A stretch of DNA of 64,000 nucleotides from assembly GCF_009914755.1 (NCBI RefSeq), contig NC_060937.1; one strand, 5' to 3'. The notes beneath the pieces were generated by a model. It made no database searches. It saw only the letters and a program-made list of their open reading frames with translations, and was not told the origin of the DNA. A program made the position numbers and the translations under genes. Shown one piece after another: positions 31,159 to 46,540 of this stretch (its first letter is position 1; each line of letters starts with the position of its first letter). Origin of the DNA: the human T2T-CHM13v2.0 reference genome, Homo sapiens.

Positions 31159-33321
31159 TTACCCAAACTATACATTATATACTGTACATAAAATATGAAA
31201 TTACGTCAAATATATATTATATTATGTACATAAAATATGAAAGTACATCAAATATAGATTATATACTGTACATAAAATACCAAAGTACACCAAATATATA
31301 TTTTATACTGTACATGAAATATCAAAGTTCACAAACTATGTATTATATACTGTAGATAAAATATCAAAGTACCCAAGGTATGTATTCTATACTGTACAAA
31401 AAATATGAAAGTACCCAAAGCATGTATTATATACTGTACACACAATATGAAAGTACATCAAATATAGATTATATACTGTACATAAAATACCAAAGAACCG
31501 CAAATATATATTATATACTGTACATGAAATATCAAAGTTCACAAACTATATATTATATACTGTACATAAAATAACAATGTGCCCAAGGTATATATTCTAT
31601 ACTGTACAAAAAATATCAAAGTACCCAAAACATGTATTATATACTGTACATAAAATATGAAAGTACATCAAATATATATTTTATTCTGTACATAAAATAT
31701 CAAAGTACACCAAATATATATTCTATAGTGTACATAAAATATCAAAGTACCCAAACTATACATTATATACTGTACATAAAATATGAAATTACATCAAATA
31801 TATATTATAATAGGTACATAAAATATGAAAGTACATCAAATATAAATTATGTACTGTACATAAAATACCAAAGAACCCCAAATATATATTATATACTGTA
31901 CATGAAATATCAAAGTTCACAAACTATATATTATATACTGTACATAAAATATCAAAGTACCCAAGGTATATATTCTATACTGTACAAAAAATATCAAAGT
32001 ACCCAAAGCATGTATTATATACTGTACATAAAATATGAAAGTACATCAAATAAATGTTTTATTCTGTACATAAAATATCAAAGTACACCAAATATATATT
32101 CTACACTGTACATAAAATATCAAAGTACCCAAACTATACATTATAAACTGTACATAAAATATGAAATTACATCAATATATACTATATTATGTACATAAAA
32201 TATGAAAGTACATCAAATATAGATTATATACTGTACATAAAATACCAAAGTACACCAAATATATATTTTATACTGTACATGCAATATCACAGTTCACAAA
32301 CTATATATTATATACTGTACATAAAATATCAAAGTACCCAAGGTATATATTCTATACTGTGCAAAAAATATCAAAGTACCCAAAGCATGTATTATATACT
32401 GTACATAAAATATGAAAGTACATCAGATATATATTTTATTCTGTACATAAAATATCAAAGTACACCAAATATATATTCTATAGTGTACATAAAATATCAA
32501 AGTACCCAAACTATACATTATATACTGTACATAAAATATGAAATTACATCAAATATATATTATAATAGGTACATAAAATATGAAAGTACATCAAATATAA
32601 ATTATGTACTGTACATAAAATACCAAAGAACCCCAAATATATATTATATACTGTACATGAAATATCAAAGTTCACAAACTATATATTATATACTGTACAT
32701 AAAATATCAAAGTACCCAAGGTATATATTCTATACTGTACAAAAAATATCAAAGTACCCAAAGCATGTATTATATACTGTACATAAAATATGAAAGTACA
32801 TCAAATAAATGTTTTATTCTGTACATAAAATATCAAAGTACACCAAATATATATTCTATAGTGTACATAAAATATCAAAGTACCCAAACTATACATTATA
32901 TACTGTACATAAAATATGAAATTACATCAAATATATATTATAATAGGTACATAAAATATGAAAGTACATCAAATATAAATTATGTACTGTACATAAAATA
33001 CCAAAGAACCCCAAATATATATTATATACTGTACATGAAATATCAAAGTTCACAAACTATATATTATATACTGTACATAAAATATCAAAGTACCCAAGGT
33101 ATATATTCTGTACTGTACAAAAAATATCAAAGTACCCAAAGCATGTATTATATACTGTACATAAAATATGAAAGTACATCAAATAAATGTTTTATTCTGT
33201 ACATAAAATATCAAAGTACACCAAATATATATTCTACACTGTACATAAAATATCAAAGTACCCAAACTATACACTATAAACTGTACATAAAATATGAAAT
33301 TACATCAATATATACTATATT

Positions 33322-36300
33322 ATGTACATAAAATATGAAAGTACATCAAATATAGATTATATACTGTACATAAAATACCAAAGTACACCAAATATATATT
33401 TTATACTGTACATGCAATATCACAGTTCACAAACTATATATTATATACTGTACATAAAATATCAAAGTACCCAAGGTATATATTCTATACTGTGCAAAAA
33501 ATATCAAAGTACCCAAAGCATGTATTATATACTGTACATAAAATATGAAAGTACATCAAATATATATTTTATTCTGTACATAAAATATCAAAGTACACTA
33601 AATATATATTCTATAGTGTACATAAAATATCAAAGTACCCAAACTATACATTATATAGTGTACATAAAATATGAAATTACATCAAATATATATTATATTA
33701 GGTACATAAAATATGAAAGTACATCAAATATAGATTATATACTGTACATAAAATACCAAAGTACCCCAAATACATATTATATACTGTACATGCAATATCA
33801 AAGTTCACAAACTATATATTATATACTGTACATAAAATATCAAAGCACCCAAGGTATATATTCTATACTGTACAAAAAATATAAAAGTACCCAAAACATG
33901 TATTATATACTGTACATAAAATATGAAAGTACATCAAATATATATTTTATTCTGTACATAAAATATCAAAGTACACCAAATATATATTCTATAGTGTACA
34001 TAAAATATCAAAGTACCCAAACTATACATTATATACTGTACATAAAATATGAAATTACATCAAATATATATTATAATAGGTACATAAAATATGAAAGTAC
34101 ATCAAATATAAATTATGTACTGTACATAAAATACCAAAGAACCCCAAATATATATTATATACTGTACATGAAATATCAAAGTTCACAAACTATATATTAT
34201 ATACTGTACATAAAATATCAAAGTACCCAAGGTATATATTCTATACTGTACAAAAAATATCAAAGTACCCAAAGCATGTATTATATACTGTACATAAAAT
34301 ATGAAAGTACATCAAATAAATGTTTTATTCTGTACATAAAATATCAAAGTACACCAAATATATATTCTATAGTGTACATAAAATATCAAAGTACCCAAAC
34401 TATACATTATATACTGTACATAAAATATGAAATTACATCAAATATATATTATAATAGGTACATAAAATATGAAAGTACATCAAATATAAATTATGTACTG
34501 TACATAAAATACCAAAGAACCCCAAATATATATTATATACTGTACATGAAATATCAAAGTTCACAAACTATATATTATATACTGTACATAAAATATCAAA
34601 GTACCCAAGGTATATATTCTGTACTGTACAAAAAATATCAAAGTACCCAAAGCATGTATTATATACTGTACATAAAATATGAAAGTACATCAAATAAATG
34701 TTTTATTCTGTACATAAAATATCAAAGTACACCAAATATATATTCTACACTGTACATAAAATATCAAAGTACCCAAACTATACATTATAAACTGTACATA
34801 AAATATGAAATTACATCAATATATACTATATTATGTACATAAAATATGAAAGTACATCAAATATAGATTATATACTGTACATAAAATACCAAAGTACACC
34901 AAATATATATTTTATACTGTACATGCAATATCACAGTTCACAAACTATATATTATATACTGTACATAAAATATCAAAGTACCCAAGGTATATATTCTATA
35001 CTGTGCAAAAAATATCAAAGTACCCAAAGCATGTATTATATACTGTACATAAAATATGAAAGTACATCAAATATATATTTTATTCTGTACATAAAATATC
35101 AAAGTACACTAAATATATAATCTATAGTGTACATAAAATATCAAAGTACCCAAACTATACATTATATAGTGTACATAAAATATGAAATTACATCAAATAT
35201 ATATTATATTAGGTACATAAAATATGAAAGTACATCAAATATAGATTATATACTGTACATAAAATACCAAAGTACCCCAAATACATATTATATACTGTAC
35301 ATGCAATATCAAAGTTCACAAACTATATATTATATACTGTACATAAAATATCAAAGCACCCAAGGTATATATTCTATACTGTACAAAAAATATAAAAGTA
35401 CCCAAAACATGTATTATATACTGTACATAAAATATGAAAGTACATCAAATATATATTTTATTCTGTACATAAAATATCAAAGTACACCAAATATATATTC
35501 TATAGTGTACATAAAATATCAAAGTACCCAAACTATACATTATATACTGTACATAAAATATGAAATTACATCAAATATATATTATAATAGGTACATAAAA
35601 TATGAAAGTACATCAAATATAAATTATGTACTGTACATAAAATACCAAAGAACCCCAAATATATATTATATACTGTACATGAAATATCAAAGTTCACAAA
35701 CTATATATTATATACTGTACATAAAATATCAAAGTACCCAAGGTATATATTCTATACTGTACAAAAAATATCAAAGTACCCAAAGCATGTATTATATACT
35801 GTACATAAAATATGAAAGTACATCAAATAAATGTTTTATTCTGTACATAAAATATCAAAGTACACCAAATATATATTCTATAGTGTACATAAAATATCAA
35901 AGTACCCAAACTATACATTATATACTGTACATAAAATATGAAATTACATCAAATATATATTATAATAGGTACATAAAATATGAAAGTACATCAAATATAA
36001 ATTATGTACTGTACATAAAATACCAAAGAACCCCAAATATATATTATATACTGTACATGAAATATCAAAGTTCACAAACTATATATTATATACTGTACAT
36101 AAAATATCAAAGTACCCAAGGTATATATTCTGTACTGTACAAAAAATATCAAAGTACCCAAAGCATGTATTATATACTGTACATAAAATATGAAAGTACA
36201 TCAAATAAATGTTTTATTCTGTACATAAAATATCAAAGTACACCAAATATATATTCTACACTGTACATAAAATATCAAAGTACCCAAACTATACATTATA

Positions 36301-36343
36301 AACTGTACATAAAATATGAAATTACATCAATATATACTATATT
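33322..36343 (+). repeat. Two near-identical 1511-bp (4-unit) repeats
   Basis: ORF content of 33322-34832 and 34833-36343 is identical apart from a T>A near 35120 that creates a stop (tatataatct). Confidence 0.88.
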
Positions 36344-37853
36344 ATGTACATAAAATATGAAAGTACATCAAATATAGATTATATACTGTACATAAAATAC
36401 CAAAGTACACCAAATATATATTTTATACTGTACATGCAATATCACAGTTCACAAACTATATATTATATACTGTACATAAAATATCAAAGTACCCAAGGTA
36501 TATATTCTATACTGTGCAAAAAATATCAAAGTACCCAAAGCATGTATTATATACTGTACATAAAATATGAAAGTACATCAAATATATATTTTATTCTGTA
36601 CATAAAATATCAAAGTACACTAAATATATATTCTATAGTGTACATAAAATATCAAAGTACCCAAACTATACATTATATAGTGTACATAAAATATGAAATT
36701 ACATCAAATATATATTATATTAGGTACATAAAATATGAAAGTACATCAAATATAGATTATATACTGTACATAAAATACCAAAGTACCCCAAATACATATT
36801 ATATACTGTACATGCAATATCAAAGTTCACAAACTATATATTATATACTGTACATAAAATATCAAAGCACCCAAGGTATATATTCTATACTGTACAAAAA
36901 ATATAAAAGTACCCAAAACATGTATTATATACTGTACATAAAATATGAAAGTACATCAAATATATATTTTATTCTGTACATAAAATATCAAAGTACACCA
37001 AATATATATTCTATAGTGTACATAAAATATCAAAGTACCCAAACTATACATTATATACTGTACATAAAATATGAAATTACATCAAATATATATTATAATA
37101 GGTACATAAAATATGAAAGTACATCAAATATAAATTATGTACTGTACATAAAATACCAAAGAACCCCAAATATATATTATATACTGTACATGAAATATCA
37201 AAGTTCACAAACTATATATTATATACTGTACATAAAATATCAAAGTACCCAAGGTATATATTCTATACTGTACAAAAAATATCAAAGTACCCAAAGCATG
37301 TATCATATACTGTACATAAAATATGAAAGTACATCAAATATATATTTTATTCTGTACATAAAATATCAAAGTACACCAAATATATATTCTATAGTGTACA
37401 TAAAATATCAAAGTACCCAAACTATACATTTTATACTGTACATAAAATATGAAATTATATCAAATATATATTACATTAGGTACATAAAATATGAAAGTAC
37501 ATCAAATATAGATTATATACTGTACATAAAATATCAAATTACCCCAAATATATATTATATACTGTACATGAAATATCAAAGTTCACAAACTATATATTAT
37601 ATACTGTACATAAAATATCAAAGTACCCAAGGTATATATTCTGTACTGTAAAAAAATATCAAAGTACCCAAAGCATGTATTATATACTGTACATAAAATA
37701 TGAAAGTACATCAAATAAATGTTTTATTCTGTACATAAAATATCAAAGTACACCAAATATATATTCTACACTGTACATAAAATATCAAAGTACCCAAACT
37801 ATACATTATAAACTGTACATAAAATATGAAATTACATCAATATATACTATATT

Positions 37854-40800
37854 ATGTACATAAAATATGAAAGTACATCAAATATAGATTATATACTGTA
37901 CATAAAATATCAAATTACCCCAAATATATATTATATACTGTACATGAAATATCAAAGTTCACAAACTATATATTATATACTGTACATAAAATATCAAAGT
38001 ACCCAAGGTATATATTCTGTACTGTACAAAAAATATAAAAGTACCCAAAACATGTATTATATACTGTACATAAAAGATGAAAGTACATCAAATATATATT
38101 TTATTCTGTACATAAAATATCAAAGTACACCAAATATATATTCTATAGTGTACATAAAATATCAAAGTACCCAAACTATACATTATATACTGTACATAAA
38201 ATATGAAATTACATCAAATATATATTATAATAGGTACATAAAATATGAAAGTACATCAAATATAAATTATGTACTGTACATAAAATACCAAAGAACCCCA
38301 AATATATATTATATACTGTACATGAAATATCAAAGTTCACAAACTATATATTATATACTGTACATAAAATATCAAAGTACCCAAGGTATATATTCTATAC
38401 TGTACAAAAAATATCAAAGTACCCAAAGCATGTATCATATACTGTACATAAAATATGAAAGTACATCAAATATATATTTTATTCTGTACATAAAATATCA
38501 AAGTACACCAAATATATATTCTATAGTGTACATAAAATATCAAAGTACCCAAACTATACATTTTATACTGTACATAAAATATGAAATTATATCAAATATA
38601 TATTACATTAGGTACATAAAATATGAAAGTACATCAAATATAGATTATATACTGTACATAAAATATCAAATTACCCCAAATATATATTATATACTGTACA
38701 TGAAATATCAAAGTTCACAAACTATATATTATATACTGTACATAAAATATCAAAGTACCCAAGGTATATATTCTGTACTCTACAAAAAATATCAAAGTAC
38801 CCAAAGCATGTATTATATACTGTACATAAAATATGAAAGTACATCAAATAAATGTTTTATTCTGTACATAAAATATCAAAGTACACCAAATATATATTCT
38901 ACACTGTACATAAAATATCAAAGTACCCAAACTATACATTATAAACTGTACATAAAATATGAAATTACATCAATATATACTATATTATGTACATAAAATA
39001 TGAAAGTACATCAAATATAGATTATATACTGTACATAAAATACCAAAGTACACCAAATATATATTTTATACTGTACATGCAATATCACAGTTCACAAACT
39101 ATATATTATATACTGTACATAAAATATCAAAGTACCCAAGGTATATATTCTATACTGTGCAAAAAATATCAAAGTACCCAAAGCATGTATTATATACTGT
39201 ACATAAAATATGAAAGTACATCAAATATATATTTTATTCTGTACATAAAATATCAAAGTACACTAAATATATATTCTATAGTGTACATAAAATATCAAAG
39301 TACCCAAACTATACATTATATAGTGTACATAAAATATGAAATTACATCAAATATATATTATATTAGGTACATAAAATATGAAAGTACATCAAATATAGAT
39401 TATATACTGTACATAAAATACCAAAGTACCCCAAATACATATTATATACTGTACATGCAATATCAAAGTTCACAAACTATATATTATATACTGTACATAA
39501 AATATCAAAGCACCCAAGGTATATATTCTATACTGTACAAAAAATATAAAAGTACCCAAAACATGTATTATATACTGTACATAAAATATGAAAGTACATC
39601 AAATATATATTTTATTCTGTACATAAAATATCAAAGTACACCAAATATATATTCTATAGTGTACATAAAATATCAAAGTACCCAAACTATACATTATATA
39701 CTGTACATAAAATATGAAATTACATCAAATATATATTATAATAGGTACATAAAATATGAAAGTACATCAAATATAAATTATGTACTGTACATAAAATACC
39801 AAAGAACCCCAAATATATATTATATACTGTACATGAAATATCAAAGTTCACAAACTATATATTATATACTGTACATAAAATATCAAAGTACCCAAGGTAT
39901 ATATTCTATACTGTACAAAAAATATCAAAGTACCCAAAGCATGTATCATATACTGTACATAAAATATGAAAGTACATCAAATATATATTTTATTCTGTAC
40001 ATAAAATATCAAAGTACACCAAATATATATTCTATAGTGTACATAAAATATCAAAGTACCCAAACTATACATTTTATACTGTACATAAAATATGAAATTA
40101 TATCAAATATATATTACATTAGGTACATAAAATATGAAAGTACATCAAATATAGATTATATACTGTACATAAAATATCAAATTACCCCAAATATATATTA
40201 TATACTGTACATGAAATATCAAAGTTCACAAACTATATATTATATACTGTACATAAAATATCAAAGTACCCAAGGTATATATTCTGTACTGTACAAAAAA
40301 TATCAAAGTACCCAAAGCATGTATTATATACTGTACATAAAATATGAAAGTACATCAAATAAATGTTTTATTCTGTACATAAAATATCAAAGTACACCAA
40401 ATATATATTCTACACTGTACATAAAATATCAAAGTACCCAAACTATACATTATAAACTGTACATAAAATATGAAATTACATCAATATATACTATATTATG
40501 TACATAAAATATGAAAGTACATCAAATATAGATTATATACTGTACATAAAATATCAAATTACCCCAAATATATATTATATACTGTACATGAAATATCAAA
40601 GTTCACAAACTATATATTATATACTGTACATAAAATATCAAAGTACCCAAGGTATATATTCTGTACTGTACAAAAAATATAAAAGTACCCAAAACATGTA
40701 TTATATACTGTACATAAAATATGAAAGTACATCAAATATATATTTTATTCTGTACATAAAATATCAAAGTACACCAAATATATATTCTATAGTGTACATA

Positions 40801-43800
40801 AAATATCAAAGTACCCAAACTATACATTATATACTGTACATAAAATATGAAATTACATCAAATATATATTATAATAGGTACATAAAATATGAAAGTACAT
40901 CAAATATAAATTATGTACTGTACATAAAATACCAAAGAACCCCAAATATATATTATATACTGTACATGAAATATCAAAGTTCACAAACTATATATTATAT
41001 ACTGTACATAAAATATCAAAGTACCCAAGGTATATATTCTATACTGTACAAAAAATATCAAAGTACCCAAAGCATGTATCATATACTGTACATAAAATAT
41101 GAAAGTACATCAAATATATATTTTATTCTGTACATAAAATATCAAAGTACACCAAATATATATTCTATAGTGTACATAAAATATCAAAGTACCCAAACTA
41201 TACATTTTATACTGTACATAAAATATGAAATTATATCAAATATATATTACATTAGGTACATAAAATATGAAAGTACATCAAATATAGATTATATACTGTA
41301 CATAAAATATCAAATTACCCCAAATATATATTATATACTGTACATGAAATATCAAAGTTCACAAACTATATATTATATACTGTACATAAAATATCAAAGT
41401 ACCCAAGGTATATATTCTGTACTGTACAAAAAATATCAAAGTACCCAAAGCATGTATTATATACTATACATAAAATATGAAAGTACATCAAATAAATGTT
41501 TTATTCTGTACATAAAATATCAAAGTACACCAAATATATATTCTACACTGTACATAAAATATCAAAGTACCCAAACTATACATTATAAACTGTACATAAA
41601 ATATGAAATTACATCAATATATACTATATTATGTACATAAAATATGAAAGTACATCAAATATAGATTATATACTGTACATAAAATACCAAAGTACACCAA
41701 ATATATATTTTATACTGTACATGCAATATCACAGTTCACAAACTATATATTATATACTGTACATAAAATATCAAAGTACCCAAGGTATATATTCTATACT
41801 GTGCAAAAAATATCAAAGTACCCAAAGCATGTATTATATACTGTACATAAAATATGAAAGTACATCAAATATATATTTTATTCTGTACATAAAATATCAA
41901 AGTACACTAAATATATATTCTATAGTGTACATAAAATATCAAAGTACCCAAACTATACATTATATAGTGTACATAAAATATGAAATTACATCAAATATAT
42001 ATTATATTAGGTACATAAAATATGAAAGTACATCAAATATAGATTATATACTGTACATAAAATACCAAAGTACCCCAAATACATATTATATACTGTACAT
42101 GCAATATCAAAGTTCACAAACTATATATTATATACTGTACATAAAATATCAAAGCACCCAAGGTATATATTCTATACTGTACAAAAAATATAAAAGTACC
42201 CAAAACATGTATTATATACTGTACATAAAATATGAAAGTACATCAAATATATATTTTATTCTGTACATAAAATATCAAAGTACACCAAATATATATTCTA
42301 TAGTGTACATAAAATATCAAAGTACCCAAACTATACATTATATACTGTACATAAAATATGAAATTACATCAAATATATATTATAATAGGTACATAAAATA
42401 TGAAAGTACATCAAATATAAATTATGTACTGTACATAAAATACCAAAGAACCCCAAATATATATTATATACTGTACATGAAATATCAAAGTTCACAAACT
42501 ATATATTATATACTGTACATAAAATATCAAAGTACCCAAGGTATATATTCTATACTGTACAAAAAATATCAAAGTACCCAAAGCATGTATCATATACTGT
42601 ACATAAAATATGAAAGTACATCAAATATATATTTTATTCTGTACATAAAATATCAAAGTACACCAAATATATATTCTATAGTGTACATAAAATATCAAAG
42701 TACCCAAACTATACATTTTATACTGTACATAAAATATGAAATTATATCAAATATATATTACATTAGGTACATAAAATATGAAAGTACATCAAATATAGAT
42801 TATATACTGTACATAAAATATCAAATTACCCCAAATATATATTATATACTGTACATGAAATATCAAAGTTCACAAACTATATATTATATACTGTACATAA
42901 AATATCAAAGTACCCAAGGTATATATTCTGTACTGTACAAAAAATATCAAAGTACCCAAAGCATGTATTATATACTGTACATAAAATATGAAAGTACATC
43001 AAATAAATGTTTTATTCTGTACATAAAATATCAAAGTACACCAAATATATATTCTACACTGTACATAAAATATCAAAGTACCCAAACTATACATTATAAA
43101 CTGTACATAAAATATGAAATTACATCAATATATACTATATTATGTACATAAAATATGAAAGTACATCAAATATAGATTATATACTGTACATAAAATATCA
43201 AATTACCCCAAATATATATTATATACTGTACATGAAATATCAAAGTTCACAAACTATATATTATATACTGTACATAAAATATCAAAGTACCCAAGGTATA
43301 TATTCTGTACTGTACAAAAAATATAAAAGTACCCAAAACATGTATTATATACTGTACATAAAATATGAAAGTACATCAAATATATATTTTATTCTGTACA
43401 TAAAATATCAAAGTACACCAAATATATATTCTATAGTGTACATAAAATATCAAAGTACCCAAACTATACATTATATACTGTACATAAAATATGAAATTAC
43501 ATCAAATATATATTATAATAGGTACATAAAATATGAAAGTACATCAAATATAAATTATGTACTGTACATAAAATACCAAAGAACCCCAAATATATATTAT
43601 ATACTGTACATGAAATATCAAAGTTCACAAACTATATATTATATACTGTACATAAAATATCAAAGTACCCAAGGTATATATTCTATACTGTACAAAAAAT
43701 ATCAAAGTACCCAAAGCATGTATCATATACTGTACATAAAATATGAAAGTACATCAAATATATATTTTATTCTGTACATAAAATATCAAAGTACACCAAA

Positions 43801-45785
43801 TATATATTCTATAGTGTACATAAAATATCAAAGTACCCAAACTATACATTTTATACTGTACATAAAATATGAAATTATATCAAATATATATTACATTAGG
43901 TACATAAAATATGAAAGTACATCAAATATAGATTATATACTGTACATAAAATATCAAATTACCCCAAATATATATTATATACTGTACATGAAATATCAAA
44001 GTTCACAAACTATATATTATATACTGTACATAAAATATCAAAGTACCCAAGGTATATATTCTGTACTGTACAAAAAATATCAAAGTACCCAAAGCATGTA
44101 TTATATACTGTACATAAAATATGAAAGTACATCAAATAAATGTTTTATTCTGTACATAAAATATCAAAGTACACCAAATATATATTCTACACTGTACATA
44201 AAATATCAAAGTACCCAAACTATACATTATAAACTGTACATAAAATATGAAATTACATCAATATATACTATATTATGTACATAAAATATGAAAGTACATC
44301 AAATATAGATTATATACTGTACATAAAATACCAAAGTACACCAAATATATATTTTATACTGTACATGCAATATCACAGTTCACAAACTATATATTATATA
44401 CTGTACATAAAATATCAAAGTACCCAAGGTATATATTCTATACTGTGCAAAAAATATCAAAGTACCCAAAGCATGTATTATATACTGTACATAAAATATG
44501 AAAGTACATCAAATATATATTTTATTCTGTACATAAAATATCAAAGTACACTAAATATATATTCTATAGTGTACATAAAATATCAAAGTACCCAAACTAT
44601 ACATTATATAGTGTACATAAAATATGAAATTACATCAAATATATATTATATTAGGTACATAAAATATGAAAGTACATCAAATATAGATTATATACTGTAC
44701 ATAAAATACCAAAGTACCCCAAATACATATTATATACTGTACATGCAATATCAAAGTTCACAAACTATATATTATATACTGTACATAAAATATCAAAGCA
44801 CCCAAGGTATATATTCTATACTGTACAAAAAATATAAAAGTACCCAAAACATGTATTATATACTGTACATAAAATATGAAAGTACATCAAATATATATTT
44901 TATTCTGTACATAAAATATCAAAGTACACCAAATATATATTCTATAGTGTACATAAAATATCAAAGTACCCAAACTATACATTATATACTGTACATAAAA
45001 TATGAAATTACATCAAATATATATTATAATAGGTACATAAAATATGAAAGTACATCAAATATAAATTATGTACTGTACATAAAATACCAAAGAACCCCAA
45101 ATATATATTATATACTGTACATGAAATATCAAAGTTCACAAACTATATATTATATACTGTACATAAAATATCAAAGTACCCAAGGTATATATTCTATACT
45201 GTACAAAAAATATCAAAGTACCCAAAGCATGTATCATATACTGTACATAAAATATGAAAGTACATCAAATATATATTTTATTCTGTACATAAAATATCAA
45301 AGTACACCAAATATATATTCTATAGTGTACATAAAATATCAAAGTACCCAAACTATACATTTTATACTGTACATAAAATATGAAATTATATCAAATATAT
45401 ATTACATTAGGTACATAAAATATGAAAGTACATCAAATATAGATTATATACTGTACATAAAATATCAAATTACCCCAAATATATATTATATACTGTACAT
45501 GAAATATCAAAGTTCACAAACTATATATTATATACTGTACATAAAATATCAAAGTACCCAAGGTATATATTCTGTACTGTACAAAAAATATCAAAGTACC
45601 CAAAGCATGTATTATATACTGTACATAAAATATGAAAGTACATCAAATAAATGTTTTATTCTGTACATAAAATATCAAAGTACACCAAATATATATTCTA
45701 CACTGTACATAAAATATCAAAGTACCCAAACTATACATTATAAACTGTACATAAAATATGAAATTACATCAATATATACTATATT
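37854..45785 (+). repeat. Three tandem copies of a 2644-bp (7-unit; 1133+1511) repeat
   Basis: Alternating 380-aa/506-aa ORFs at 37854/38987, 40498/41631, 43142/44275 (offset 2644). Only isolated differences seen (aaagatga ~38076, tactctac ~38780, tactatac ~41466). Confidence 0.92.
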
Positions 45786-46540
45786 ATGTACATAAAATAT
45801 GAAAGTACATCAAATATAGATTATATACTGTACATAAAATATCAAATTACCCCAAATATATATTATATACTGTACATGAAATATCAAAGTTCACAAACTA
45901 TATATTATATACTGTACATAAAATATCAAAGTACCCAAGGTATATATTCTGTACTGTACAAAAAATATAAAAGTACCCAAAACATGTATTATATACTGTA
46001 CATAAAATATGAAAGTACATCAAATATATATTTTATTCTGTACATAAAATATCAAAGTACACCAAATATATATTCTATAGTGTACATAAAATATCAAAGT
46101 ACCCAAACTATACATTTTATACTGTACATAAAATATGAAATTATATCAAATATATATTACATTAGGTACATAAAATATGAAAGTACATCAAATATAGATT
46201 ATATACTGTACATAAAATATCAAATTACCCCAAATATATATTATATACTGTACATGAAATATCAAAGTTCACAAACTATATATTATATACTGTACATAAA
46301 ATATCAAAGTACCCAAGGTATATATTCTGTACTGTACAAAAAATATCAAAGTACCCAAAGCATGTATTATATACTGTACATAAAATATGAAAGTACATCA
46401 AATAAATGTTTTATTCTGTACATAAAATATCAAAGTACACCAAATATATATTCTACACTGTACATAAAATATCAAAGTACCCAAACTATACATTATAAAC
46501 TGTACATAAAATATGAAATTACATCAATATATACTATATT

